Made by a program: the position numbers and the translations under genes
Notes under the pieces: model-generated
What the model saw: the letters and a program-made list of their open reading frames with translations, nothing else
Told to the model about the DNA's origin: nothing
The model's database searches: none
Source: a virus
Direction: 5' to 3' (one strand)
Virus record (IMG/VR): IMGVR_UViG_3300046787_000675
Coordinates: 64,001 to 128,000 of that record
DNA length: 64,000 nucleotides
Shown here: positions 1-8,754 of the stretch, in pieces
Layout of the letters: every line of letters begins with the position of its first letter
Position numbering within the stretch: position 1 is the first letter of the stretch

Positions 1-48
1 TCCCATAACTACAGCAACCAAGACCATCAATACTAATACTGCGTACAT
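1..48 (-). CDS. Small hydrophobic protein, N-terminus only (runs off the window)
   Basis: ATG at 48 with AAGGA upstream; MYAVLVLMVLVAVVMG... Confidence 0.5.
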   Translation of the reverse strand, partial: MYAVLVLMVLVAVVMG

Positions 49-70
49 ATTTTTTCCTTTTGTTTTTATG

Positions 71-208
71 TTATTTAATAAACCATACAAGTAAATTTGT
101 ATGGGTGGTAGAGGACAATTTGTGGTTGTCTGCTACAATACCTACTGCCGCTACAACATCGTGTTTGTGGAGCAGTTTTTTTACTTCGTCAATTAATGTC
201 TGTGCCAT
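71..208 (-). CDS. Hypothetical 45-aa protein (not in ORF track)
   Basis: GAGGTG RBS, then MAQTLIDEVKKLLHKHDVVAAVGIVADNHKLSSTTHTNLLVWFIK*. Confidence 0.6.
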   Translation of the reverse strand: MAQTLIDEVKKLLHKHDVVAAVGIVADNHKLSSTTHTNLLVWFIK

Positions 209-299
209 TTAGCACCTCACTTTGTTATGTTTTTTTGTTAAGTTTGTCTCCCTTTAAAAAAGAAAGAAAGACAATGGAGAATCTCACATACTAATTATC

Positions 300-1232
300 T
301 TAATTATGTTTATTTTCAAGTATTTCCGCAACTTTGTCGAAGAAATTCTTATAACACATAGCTAATTTTAAGTAGTTATCGTAACTTGGTTGTGCGTACT
401 TTTTAATATCTTCCTTTGTAGAATTAAATACATCTTGAATAGTATTATCCGGTACGGGAAATGTTTCTTTTTTACATATTGGAGGTAGACCTCTACCTAT
501 ATCAATAACCATCTGAGGGTCTTGCATATACATATTGCTTATATGTTTTAGCAACTCCACCCTTTCAATAGATATCCGAATATTGTCTACAGCTTCTGTC
601 CTTACGCGCTCCAGCGCCCTGTATATTCCGTCAACAGTGCACCTATCCATCACATTAGATGTAAGCAACCACTCAGTTATATTTTTAGCTTGACTAGTAT
701 AATTTCTGCCGTACTCGTTTCGGAGTTTAGAAATCATTTCTTTAAGGCACTGCGCGTGTTCCTTTTCCAGGGTTATTAAATCACGCGAAGCGGTAACATT
801 TGTTGCATGTTTTTTATTGTTTTCCCACATTGCGTGTGTGAACGCGACAAATTGATTATTTGGTTTAAAGCCTAAGGGGGAGAAATAACCAATTGACCAT
901 AAATGCTCAATAATGTAAATTGCTTCCTTAGGAGCTTTAGTTTTCCTTAAAAACCAATTATAAATTACTGATCTAAATCGGGGTAAATATTCTTTACCCG
1001 GATATCTACTGTGTTGTGTACAGAAGTATTCGAATATACCTTCTACTAGTTTTTTGTATGTGGGATAGTCTTCTTTATGTATCTTCACAACATATTCGGT
1101 TATTTCTTTCGCTAAGGGTCTGTTTTTTATATTACGGACTTTTATCAATTCCTTATCATCTACAGTAAAGGATATTGCTGTTTTTATTCCTCTCTCCAAA
1201 GAGGCTTCTAAATTAGGGGGATCATTTACCAT
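300..1232 (-). CDS. Hypothetical protein, 310 aa
   Basis: Long ORF co-oriented with neighbours; no motif recognised. Confidence 0.8.
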   Translation of the reverse strand: MVNDPPNLEASLERGIKTAISFTVDDKELIKVRNIKNRPLAKEITEYVVKIHKEDYPTYKKLVEGIFEYFCTQHSRYPGKEYLPRFRSVIYNWFLRKTKAPKEAIYIIEHLWSIGYFSPLGFKPNNQFVAFTHAMWENNKKHATNVTASRDLITLEKEHAQCLKEMISKLRNEYGRNYTSQAKNITEWLLTSNVMDRCTVDGIYRALERVRTEAVDNIRISIERVELLKHISNMYMQDPQMVIDIGRGLPPICKKETFPVPDNTIQDVFNSTKEDIKKYAQPSYDNYLKLAMCYKNFFDKVAEILENKHN

Positions 1233-1395
1233 TGTTTTTTTCCTTTAAGTAAGGGTGTCTTTTTTTTAATTCTCTAATAAATTCCTCAATATCCTGTTTA
1301 GATAAATCACTATGGACTAAATCATCGATTAGAGAGTCCACAGCTACTCTAGTGGAGTCGTCTACGGAAAAACGAAGCGTTATCTTATTTAGCAC
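1222..1395 (-). CDS. Hypothetical 57-aa protein (probable GTG start at 1395)
   Basis: The track ORF 1222..1476 runs into the omegaRNA scaffold; the in-frame GTG at 1395 lies just outside the inferred IS end. Confidence 0.55.
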   Translation of the reverse strand: MLNKITLRFSVDDSTRVAVDSLIDDLVHSDLSKQDIEEFIRELKKRHPYLKEKNNGK

Positions 1396-1560
1396 GTTTA
1401 CTCTGCTTCCTTCTTTGTGTACTTTTGTACAGTTTTTAAGTTCCTGCTTCGTCCCTTTGCTAACGCAAAGATCCACAGGCTCTTCCGGTTAAGCCAACCG
1501 GGATAAGTTTATAGCTGCATTCAGGTCTCTATTAATTGAAAGACTGCAGCTTGTACATTT
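1390..1560 (-). ncRNA. TnpB omegaRNA (reRNA): scaffold over the tnpB 3' end and IS right end, guide about 1409-1390
   Basis: Minus strand: hairpin CCGGTT-GGCTT-AACCGG over the stop codon, GCCTGTGGA...GAAGCAGGAA (CCTG/CAGG pairing), hairpins CTTTGC-GTTA-GCAAAG and TGTAC-AAAA-GTACA. The 5' boundary is approximate. Confidence 0.7.
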
Positions 1561-2592
1561 ATATGTACGCTCGGAAAGTAGTAGCACATCTTTGATGTTC
1601 CCGCAACCCGAGCAAGTTTTACTGCTTGGGTAGAAACGAGGTGCTTCTACAACTTTCCTGCACTTGTATAATAACTGACGCTTAAACTCGTAGAATCCGC
1701 AATCGGAGATTGCTCTGGATAACCTAGAGTTTTTAAGCATATTCGATACACCTAAAGTTTCTACAACTACAGTGCCGTGGTTTTTGGCTATTGTAGTGGT
1801 AGCTTTATGTATGTTATCGTTGCGTACGCAACTTATTTTGTAATAAAGTTTACGTAACTTAGTTACAGATTTAACCCAGTTCTTAGAACCTTTAAGTTTC
1901 CGGGACATAGCCTTTTGTAGTCTATGCAGCCTTTGGAGGTTAGTCTTAAGCGGTTTAGGGTTAGGTACTTCTGTTTTGTCTGATAGGACAGCTAAAGACT
2001 TAATTCCTAAGTCGATTCCTACAGTTCCTGTAGTAGCTCTTGTATCTTCTATTTCTGTTTGTACGGAAATAGAAAGAAACCATTTATCTCCTTTTCGAGA
2101 AACTGTACCAGACTGGATTTTACCTTCGAAACGAAGGGATTCTGTCATTTTAACTTTACCTATTACAGGTAGCCGAACCTCCTTCCCATTTATAGAAAAC
2201 TTATCGTTGCTTACATAGAAGCTATCTCTCTGCCCTTTCTTCTTAAAAGAAGGGAAAGCAGAGAGCTTGCTAAAGAACTTAGAAAAAGACGCTTTAAGGT
2301 TTGTAAAGGGCTGCTGATTTGCATCTTTAGGAGACTCGTACACCCATTCTGGTTTACTCGCATTCCATTGCTTTTTAAGGGCGTCGATGTTAGGTTTCTC
2401 TCCTTTATCTAAAGCTTCTTTATAACAGGCTAACGCCCAGTTGTAAGTAAACCGAGCAGTACCGCAAGCTTTTGCAAAAGCTTGCTTTTGCTCTGCTGTA
2501 GGTTTAAGTTGGATTAAGTGTGCTCGGTTTAAGTTCATAAATTACTGGTAGTTAGGTGTTAAAGGTTGTGGTACTGTGTACATTAAAATACA
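1410..2592 (-). mobile_element. Non-autonomous IS607-like element carrying only tnpB
   Basis: tnpB with no tnpA; GTAC(A) motifs repeated at both ends (2569-2582 and 1417-1431); shared AG dinucleotide at both inferred junctions. Boundaries are inferred. Confidence 0.6.
1489..2538 (-). CDS. tnpB: RNA-guided endonuclease TnpB
   Basis: N-terminal GTARFTYNWAL; RuvC-I GIDLGIK, RuvC-II VVETL, Zn finger CSGC..CTSC, RuvC-III RDLNAAIN; D-E-D triad intact. Confidence 0.95.
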   Translation of the reverse strand: MNLNRAHLIQLKPTAEQKQAFAKACGTARFTYNWALACYKEALDKGEKPNIDALKKQWNASKPEWVYESPKDANQQPFTNLKASFSKFFSKLSAFPSFKKKGQRDSFYVSNDKFSINGKEVRLPVIGKVKMTESLRFEGKIQSGTVSRKGDKWFLSISVQTEIEDTRATTGTVGIDLGIKSLAVLSDKTEVPNPKPLKTNLQRLHRLQKAMSRKLKGSKNWVKSVTKLRKLYYKISCVRNDNIHKATTTIAKNHGTVVVETLGVSNMLKNSRLSRAISDCGFYEFKRQLLYKCRKVVEAPRFYPSSKTCSGCGNIKDVLLLSERTYKCTSCSLSINRDLNAAINLSRLA

Positions 2593-2596
2593 CTAT

Positions 2597-3076
2597 TTAA
2601 GGAGCTAAGTCAAGCTTCTCACATAATTCTTTGAATTTATTCGATTTTACTGAAGTATCCACATAGATATCTAATTGATTCATATGTGTATATTTTACTT
2701 TATTAGTGCTATCCACTGTTTTGAATTCAGGGAATACTTCAGTAGTCTGTGTATTTACGATATATGCTATCTTGGTATACATACATTTATGTAATTCTAA
2801 CACATCTGTTAAATTACATATGTATGTAGGAGGTTTTATTTCTTCGTCTGGTACCATCGTGTCTTCCAGAGGAGGTGCCACATTCATACCTGTAGGTATT
2901 TCTTCGAACTCGACATTTACAATATCTGCTTCTTGATATTCGGTAGTATGTGCCTGGATACGCTCATTCATGCATTTAGCTATATTATCATGAAAATCAG
3001 GGGAGTCGGAAGAAATAGCCTCGATATCATAGAAACTATTATGTAGTCTGGTTATCTTTATTTTGTAGTTTTTCAT
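2597..3076 (-). CDS. Hypothetical protein, 159 aa
   Basis: ORF in the co-oriented gene train. Confidence 0.7.
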   Translation of the reverse strand: MKNYKIKITRLHNSFYDIEAISSDSPDFHDNIAKCMNERIQAHTTEYQEADIVNVEFEEIPTGMNVAPPLEDTMVPDEEIKPPTYICNLTDVLELHKCMYTKIAYIVNTQTTEVFPEFKTVDSTNKVKYTHMNQLDIYVDTSVKSNKFKELCEKLDLAP

Positions 3077-3371
3077 TTTTATCTCTCAGTTGTTGTAGCC
3101 CTTTTTTGTTATCTCTTAGATGAGTTATGTTCTCAGCCCTTTTAAATTTTCGCACTTCTAAGACAGATAATGTTGCCATTCCTACCGGTCTACTTACGTA
3201 CTTGCCCCTGGATCGCATAATTAACGTTGTAGATAGATTAACTACTAAATCAGGGACATCGTACCATGGTCCGGAAGGATGATATAATTGACCGATATAT
3301 TGCAGTTCTATAATATAAGGCACGCCTCCTAATATTATTCCTATAAAAAGATCAGAACTGCTTTCGGCCAT
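3039..3371 (-). CDS. Hypothetical protein, 110 aa
   Basis: ORF with AAGGA upstream. Confidence 0.65.
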   Translation of the reverse strand: MAESSSDLFIGIILGGVPYIIELQYIGQLYHPSGPWYDVPDLVVNLSTTLIMRSRGKYVSRPVGMATLSVLEVRKFKRAENITHLRDNKKGLQQLRDKNEKLQNKDNQTT

Positions 3372-3463
3372 TAGTTGTATATCCTTGTTATTGAGAGATG
3401 TTAATAAAAATATAATCTGTCAATTTGGGATACACAATAGGTTGCAGAAATAAATATGTATAT

Positions 3464-3742
3464 TTATTGTATTTTATCTGCATGTTTCTCTTTTAACATA
3501 AGATTTATAAAGGAGTCTATAATAGAGTTATCTATCTCTTTGTTTTTATGATCCTTTATGCTGTCCTTTATAAGTATAACATTGTCTTTTTCATCTACAT
3601 GAGTACTGAACTGTATGCACATGGGCTTATCTGTGTCTCTTTGTTCTATTGTACCTGTATCTTCTCTATATTTTATTGTTGTCTCTACTTTCCCTAATCC
3701 AGTAGGTTTAAAATAGAGAACGGCCGTTACAATATGTTTCAC
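3464..3742 (-). CDS. Hypothetical protein, 92 aa
   Basis: GTG start with AAGAGGAA RBS. Confidence 0.7.
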   Translation of the reverse strand: MKHIVTAVLYFKPTGLGKVETTIKYREDTGTIEQRDTDKPMCIQFSTHVDEKDNVILIKDSIKDHKNKEIDNSIIDSFINLMLKEKHADKIQ

Positions 3743-4034
3743 GTTCCTCCTTTGAGTCTAACTCGGTTATTAGGCTCCCGTCGACTACAGCCTCCCTATC
3801 GGAGGAAGGCTGAATTATTATGGATATTATTTTTAGGTTGTTCATTATGTGTTTATTGATTTCTTCGTCCTTGTTATCAAATTCCTTAGCAAAGGCTTCT
3901 ATGGCTATTCTTTTTATATTCTCTATTTTGTTTTTATGGTTTATACCACAATACACAGGAATCTTATAAAATGTCTCATCTTCGTCTTCATTTAAAGGAG
4001 GTAATCTAACAATGACGTCGTGCTCAATTAACAT
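3708..4034 (-). CDS. Hypothetical protein (probable start MLIEHD at 4034)
   Basis: GAGGT RBS before the ATG at 4034; overlaps the exonuclease stop. Confidence 0.65.
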   Translation of the reverse strand: MLIEHDVIVRLPPLNEDEDETFYKIPVYCGINHKNKIENIKRIAIEAFAKEFDNKDEEINKHIMNNLKIISIIIQPSSDREAVVDGSLITELDSKEERETYCNGRSLF

Positions 4035-4884
4035 ATGTAACCTCTGGAATATCTCCTGCAAGTGCTTTCCTGGCTATATCTTTTGTATCTTCAGGAAAAT
4101 CGTTTTTTATTAACCAATTCAAAAACCCAGGCTGTTGTTTAGCCAAGTCATTTAGAGACATACCAGAATGTTTACCGATACATATTACAATTCTATTTGC
4201 TGAAGTTACCTTGAATATACCTTGCGAGTCATGCCAATTAGGATCTTTAGATAAATCGGCAAGTATCTTATTACTCTCTTCATCGGCGGCATATAATTTT
4301 CGCTGTGCATCTACTACTTTCAAGGTAGATATCACGTCTCCGAGGGCATTATGGGCATCTTCAATCTCTTCACCACAGTATGTTTTTACCGCCGCAGCTA
4401 GAGTTCTAGGATGGTTCCGGATAAATATCTGGAAGGCATCGATAAGATTTCTATTATCTAGATCTATTGTTTTCCCTAATCGCTTAAGGTTATTTTCCAG
4501 AATGTATCGGTCAAACTTATTGGAGTTAAAACCGGCAATATCTACTTGGCTATATTCCTTTCCATTTTTATGTGTCTTGTTGTTAAATATATGTAGTATC
4601 TGTTCAACTACTGCTTCTAAAGGATTCGCGCCGTCTAATTGTGCTTGTGTTATCCCTGTAAGTGTAAGAACCTCGGCGTCAACTTGCATTCCTGGATTAA
4701 CATACACGTTTATAAGTCTATCGTGCAATAGAGATTGTTTATCCTTATAAGCATTTAAGTTTTCAAGGAGGATATTTATATTCTCTCCCGGCCAAATCTT
4801 AAGTGCACATATTTGAATTATTCGTGCTGTTTGCTTATCGAGACCTGTTGTTTCCAAGTCATAGATTACTAAGGGGTTTTCCAT
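4024..4884 (-). CDS. DEDDh 3'-5' exonuclease (DnaQ/ExoX-like)
   Basis: ExoI YDLETTG, ExoII GFNSNKFD, ExoIII HNALGD; ExoX-type C-terminal IGKHSG..PGFLNWL. Confidence 0.9.
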   Translation of the reverse strand: MENPLVIYDLETTGLDKQTARIIQICALKIWPGENINILLENLNAYKDKQSLLHDRLINVYVNPGMQVDAEVLTLTGITQAQLDGANPLEAVVEQILHIFNNKTHKNGKEYSQVDIAGFNSNKFDRYILENNLKRLGKTIDLDNRNLIDAFQIFIRNHPRTLAAAVKTYCGEEIEDAHNALGDVISTLKVVDAQRKLYAADEESNKILADLSKDPNWHDSQGIFKVTSANRIVICIGKHSGMSLNDLAKQQPGFLNWLIKNDFPEDTKDIARKALAGDIPEVTYVN

Positions 4885-5579
4885 CCGTTTTCCTTTTTAA
4901 TTTTTTCCCATTCGTTTAAGTTATGTGCATCTAGATATTTAAATCTAAGTGGGCACGATGACATACGAAAAGACATAGCACCTTCAGATAATTCTCTAAA
5001 AAATCTACCGTTTGCTAACAGAAGAATCTTAGCGACTTCCAAGACACTTAGAGGTATAGATATAACACAAGATGTAGCTGTATAATAGATACTGTTTGTT
5101 TTAAAGCCGTATTCCTCAATGTATTGTTTAGTTAAACGAGGAAGCAAACCAAAGATATCTTCTAGTTTTCTAAGTACATCTTCGTGCTCTCTCGCTGTTA
5201 AATAGTGTGTGTCTGGAGTAGGGTTATCTTCCATGAATTTTTTCAATTCTTTTAGATTATTTTTTGTCTGGATAGTTATTAATAATTCATGAGTTATAAC
5301 ATTATTAGATAATAACATATTTGCAGCCACTTCTTCCAGAAAAACAGTTAGATTGCTTCGCAGTACAAAAAAATCCTGCATATCTTCTTTTAACGTCTCG
5401 GTATTTATGTGTTTCTCTTCTAGTTTCTTTCTAGCTGCGCGTTCAGCGGACGTGGCCATAAGAACTAAATATTCATAAACAATATCCCCTACTTCAGCTA
5501 TATTTTTATAAGCTGTACCTGCAAGATGGGATTCTCGCAAGTACTCCACCTGCTTAAGTAGATCGGCTTTTTTATCCAT
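4869..5579 (-). CDS. Hypothetical protein, 236 aa
   Basis: Long ORF coupled to neighbours. Confidence 0.75.
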   Translation of the reverse strand: MDKKADLLKQVEYLRESHLAGTAYKNIAEVGDIVYEYLVLMATSAERAARKKLEEKHINTETLKEDMQDFFVLRSNLTVFLEEVAANMLLSNNVITHELLITIQTKNNLKELKKFMEDNPTPDTHYLTAREHEDVLRKLEDIFGLLPRLTKQYIEEYGFKTNSIYYTATSCVISIPLSVLEVAKILLLANGRFFRELSEGAMSFRMSSCPLRFKYLDAHNLNEWEKIKKENGWKTP

Positions 5580-5583
5580 TCCT

Positions 5584-7200
5584 TTATTCCTTTAATTTTG
5601 TTCTGTAATGATTTTCAATTAAGATGTTTATATCCTCCGGAATATATAACGCTTTTTTGGCTCTTGTACAAGCAACATACAATAAATTAGCTTCTTCTGT
5701 TCTAGAAAAAGAATACACAGTTGGAAGTAGATAATTCTTACTTACCTGTTTATTTTTTCTATTATCAGCCTCAATAAATGTATCAACGAAGTCTGTACTT
5801 ACTTCAACAACATCCCATTCTAGGCCTTTAGATCTATGTGCTGTTGTTAGAAGTATAACTGCTTTGTTTTCGGGGACTGCCTCAATCATTATTTTATTAA
5901 CAAGATTCGGAATGTCTTTCCCGTATCGTGCAGTTACTGATAATAATATCTGTGTAGCTACATCATCCGCCCCGGCAGCATAGGCTGCTAGAGATTTAAC
6001 CGCATCAAATGTTCTAATAAAAGAATTCTTTATATGTGCTTTTTTTCCTTCCGATAAATAGTGGACATCCAATACATCTTGCAATAAATCGGACGGCTTT
6101 CCTCCGGAAAAACCAAATGGGATTTTTTTAGCTAAACATATAGCAGCATTATCGAATAACTTGGCATTAGTACGCGTCAAAACAGTTCGTTTAAGCATTC
6201 CTATTGATGATCCTGGATATACAATATGCACACCCGGAGTAATAAGAGGATCAACTATATCGTTAGTTATGGTAGAGCTTAGCGGTACATCCTCATCCTT
6301 CCAGGACTTAAGGATTTTTGTTGCTAATCCGGCAATATAAGGAGGGAAACGGAATGTATACGAAAGTCTGTATTCTTCTGTTATGTTCTCTATATTGTCA
6401 AAGGCATTACAGCTACCTCTCCAGGAATAGATTTGTTGGTGCGGGTCTCCTACATAAAATTTGCATGAACTGGCTCTATTCACAATATCTAATGTAGCTG
6501 CATTAGCATCTTGTGCTTCGTCGTACATTATGTAGTCGTAATGTTTACCTAAATCCATACCTTTTAATTGATATAACTTTAAATAACCATCGTGTGTTAA
6601 TGGGAACGAATCCTCAAAGCTGATCATAACATTCCAGATATTTTTCGCTATGGTAAGGATGACAGCGTCTGGTATTTGTATACCCAATTTAGTCATATAA
6701 CTGTACGGAATGTTATTTTCATTTATTTCGCGGTCAGCTGATTGAGTATATTTATTAACTGTTAGCCAAGCTATATTTGTTAGGCCCCAGTCGACTATGT
6801 ATCGCGAACACCACAAATATACTTCCGATGACGCCTCTATCTCTTTAGATATTATTTTTCTAAGGATATACTCGACACATGTTTTTATTGATGTTTTATA
6901 AGGGTCGGTTATCATTTTGCCGGCTTCCCGGTATTGAGTACCTACGCTGGCGTATGCCAGTTGATGTGTGGTTACAACAGTAACTGTTCTAGGGAACTTT
7001 TGTTTGGCTTCTACTACAATATCTTTATTGTATGCCAAGTATAGTCCTTTCCACGAAGGCATTTTTTTACTTATGCTTTTAGTTAGTTCTACCAGTATAG
7101 TTGTTTTGCCACATCCGGCATAAGCTTTTATAGCTATTGTGTCGTCTTTATTGTACGACCGCTGGATAACAGCATTCTGTTCTGGTGTGTAGGATTTCAT
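5584..7200 (-). CDS. SF1 UvrD/Rep-like helicase
   Basis: AYAGCGKTT, YDEAQD, VGDPHQQIY, FRF, RTNA, TAHRSKGLEW, LLYVACTRAK. Confidence 0.92.
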   Translation of the reverse strand: MKSYTPEQNAVIQRSYNKDDTIAIKAYAGCGKTTILVELTKSISKKMPSWKGLYLAYNKDIVVEAKQKFPRTVTVVTTHQLAYASVGTQYREAGKMITDPYKTSIKTCVEYILRKIISKEIEASSEVYLWCSRYIVDWGLTNIAWLTVNKYTQSADREINENNIPYSYMTKLGIQIPDAVILTIAKNIWNVMISFEDSFPLTHDGYLKLYQLKGMDLGKHYDYIMYDEAQDANAATLDIVNRASSCKFYVGDPHQQIYSWRGSCNAFDNIENITEEYRLSYTFRFPPYIAGLATKILKSWKDEDVPLSSTITNDIVDPLITPGVHIVYPGSSIGMLKRTVLTRTNAKLFDNAAICLAKKIPFGFSGGKPSDLLQDVLDVHYLSEGKKAHIKNSFIRTFDAVKSLAAYAAGADDVATQILLSVTARYGKDIPNLVNKIMIEAVPENKAVILLTTAHRSKGLEWDVVEVSTDFVDTFIEADNRKNKQVSKNYLLPTVYSFSRTEEANLLYVACTRAKKALYIPEDINILIENHYRTKLKE

Positions 7201-7280
7201 TATTATTTTTCCTTTTATGATAAATATAGCCTATATAAATTCTATATCTGGGGTATATTACCTTACCTCATTTATAAATA

Positions 7281-7309
7281 AAAGAGCCGGAGATCTTCTC
7301 CGGCTCTTT
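7281..7309 (-). terminator. Intrinsic terminator (possibly bidirectional)
   Basis: Perfect 13-bp stem AAAGAGCCGGAGA-TCT-TCTCCGGCTCTTT with T-rich tails, just after the stop at 7314. Confidence 0.85.
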
Positions 7310-7313
7310 GTTT

Positions 7314-7952
7314 TTAGCCTATATCTGGATATTCTTCTACAGATTCGTCAGCTGTATATTCAACTAGATCCTTTGCGATTTGCGTAGCAATCTTAATTAG
7401 ATTATCGTCGCTTTCACTAATCGATCTACTCAGAATATCTTTTATTTTTTCAATAGAGTTTTGTAGTTTAACCTGTTTACTGATTCTGTCCACCAAGATA
7501 GGCTTACAACTATCAAAGTTTATAGATTTCAAAACATCTAGTAATTGATTTAATTGGTCAATTGATAGTGTATTTATACCTGTATAAAAGCTATCTACTA
7601 AACGACATAAATCTCGTGATTCTTTGTATACTTCATAGGGTATACCTGATTCGTCAGGGGAATTTACAGGTTCAATTTTATCTTCTTTAAGAAGATCTTC
7701 TTCTGCATATAAAGGTATATTAATATGGTTTTTATCGTTTTCTAAACTAATTTCTATACCGTTATTCGATACAGCGATATTTACATCTACGTGCGTGAAT
7801 ACCCCGTCAGATGTTATTGCCGGTACATTCAGTTTACTCTTTTTAGGTTTACCGTCTGTCATGTTGACTATGGTTAATATTTTGTCTCTGTCTTTTACAG
7901 TTATGTTTTTACCTAACTTATCTACAACAGCATATATCGTTTTTTCTTGCAT
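7314..7952 (-). CDS. Hypothetical protein, 212 aa
   Basis: ORF followed by a terminator. Confidence 0.75.
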   Translation of the reverse strand: MQEKTIYAVVDKLGKNITVKDRDKILTIVNMTDGKPKKSKLNVPAITSDGVFTHVDVNIAVSNNGIEISLENDKNHINIPLYAEEDLLKEDKIEPVNSPDESGIPYEVYKESRDLCRLVDSFYTGINTLSIDQLNQLLDVLKSINFDSCKPILVDRISKQVKLQNSIEKIKDILSRSISESDDNLIKIATQIAKDLVEYTADESVEEYPDIG

Positions 7953-7953
7953 A

Positions 7954-8337
7954 CTATTTCCTACTTTCTTTTCCGCTTTTATAATAGGTGTTATAGATTT
8001 TAATCAACTTAGTTTGATTACTCTCTGTAAGCTGTTTCCACTCTTTCCACGTATTTTCCGAAGGAGGGACGTTGTTTTCACCAGAACTACCATGTATATG
8101 TCCTAACCATTTGGCTTTATCTGCCAATATATCCATTATAGATCTATCTTTAACAATATCCTCTTCCTGTTCCTCCGGATTATGTTGTCTTTTTCTTTTG
8201 GGGGGATGTCTATGATTTTTGTTTTTAGGGACATCATCTGTAACGTCTTTAAACCTATTGAGTAACTTGTTTCGTCTTTTCTTGTTACTTAATAATATTT
8301 TTTCATTTCGACCCTCCTCTTTTTTTTCTATGTCCAT
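7954..8337 (-). CDS. Hypothetical basic protein, 127 aa
   Basis: K/R-rich N-terminal half. Confidence 0.7.
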   Translation of the reverse strand: MDIEKKEEGRNEKILLSNKKRRNKLLNRFKDVTDDVPKNKNHRHPPKRKRQHNPEEQEEDIVKDRSIMDILADKAKWLGHIHGSSGENNVPPSENTWKEWKQLTESNQTKLIKIYNTYYKSGKESRK

Positions 8338-8346
8338 TATTATACC

Positions 8347-8754
8347 TTATTTAGCCATTTTTTTAGGGGGAATATATCCGAGCTCTTCGGCTTTTTTATC
8401 GGAGAGGATATTGAATCCTTTGCGCTCCTCGTCGATTCTCATTGTCCTTTCAATACGATTAGCGTAGTCCGCTAAATTAAGATGAGCCATCGTCTCTTTT
8501 GTTTTTAGATAAACAGTCCCATCGGACGCCTGCCAATGCGTATTGTCCGGGATTTGTTCGACGGCTTGTCTACACTCCTCTTTAAATGTACTGCTTAAGT
8601 GTTTATAGACTGTATCACTAACAACTACCAGTGCTTGTTCTTTGCTACATTTAGTTGTTGTCATTTCTTCGTTTATAAATGCTTCTGTAACGATTTTTAA
8701 AGTGTCCGCTAATGTGTTAACGGAATTAATATAATTTGTTAAATTACTGCTCAT
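8347..8754 (-). CDS. Hypothetical protein, 135 aa
   Basis: Overlaps the stop of the upstream gene. Confidence 0.7.
   Translation of the reverse strand: MSSNLTNYINSVNTLADTLKIVTEAFINEEMTTTKCSKEQALVVVSDTVYKHLSSTFKEECRQAVEQIPDNTHWQASDGTVYLKTKETMAHLNLADYANRIERTMRIDEERKGFNILSDKKAEELGYIPPKKMAK

Noticed and set aside
1396-1476. N-terminal part of track ORF 1222..1476
   Set aside because: Coincides with the omegaRNA scaffold and IS end; the GTG at 1395 is the better start.
1410-2599. IStron (group I intron plus TnpB); removing it could give ...LAP-EAE*
   Set aside because: Only ~55 nt lie between the upstream stop and tnpB, too short for a ribozyme core; no P7-like motifs seen.
3372-3463. Sigma70 promoter at the minus-strand TTGACA (3418-3423)
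   Set aside because: No acceptable -10 hexamer at 16-18 bp spacing.
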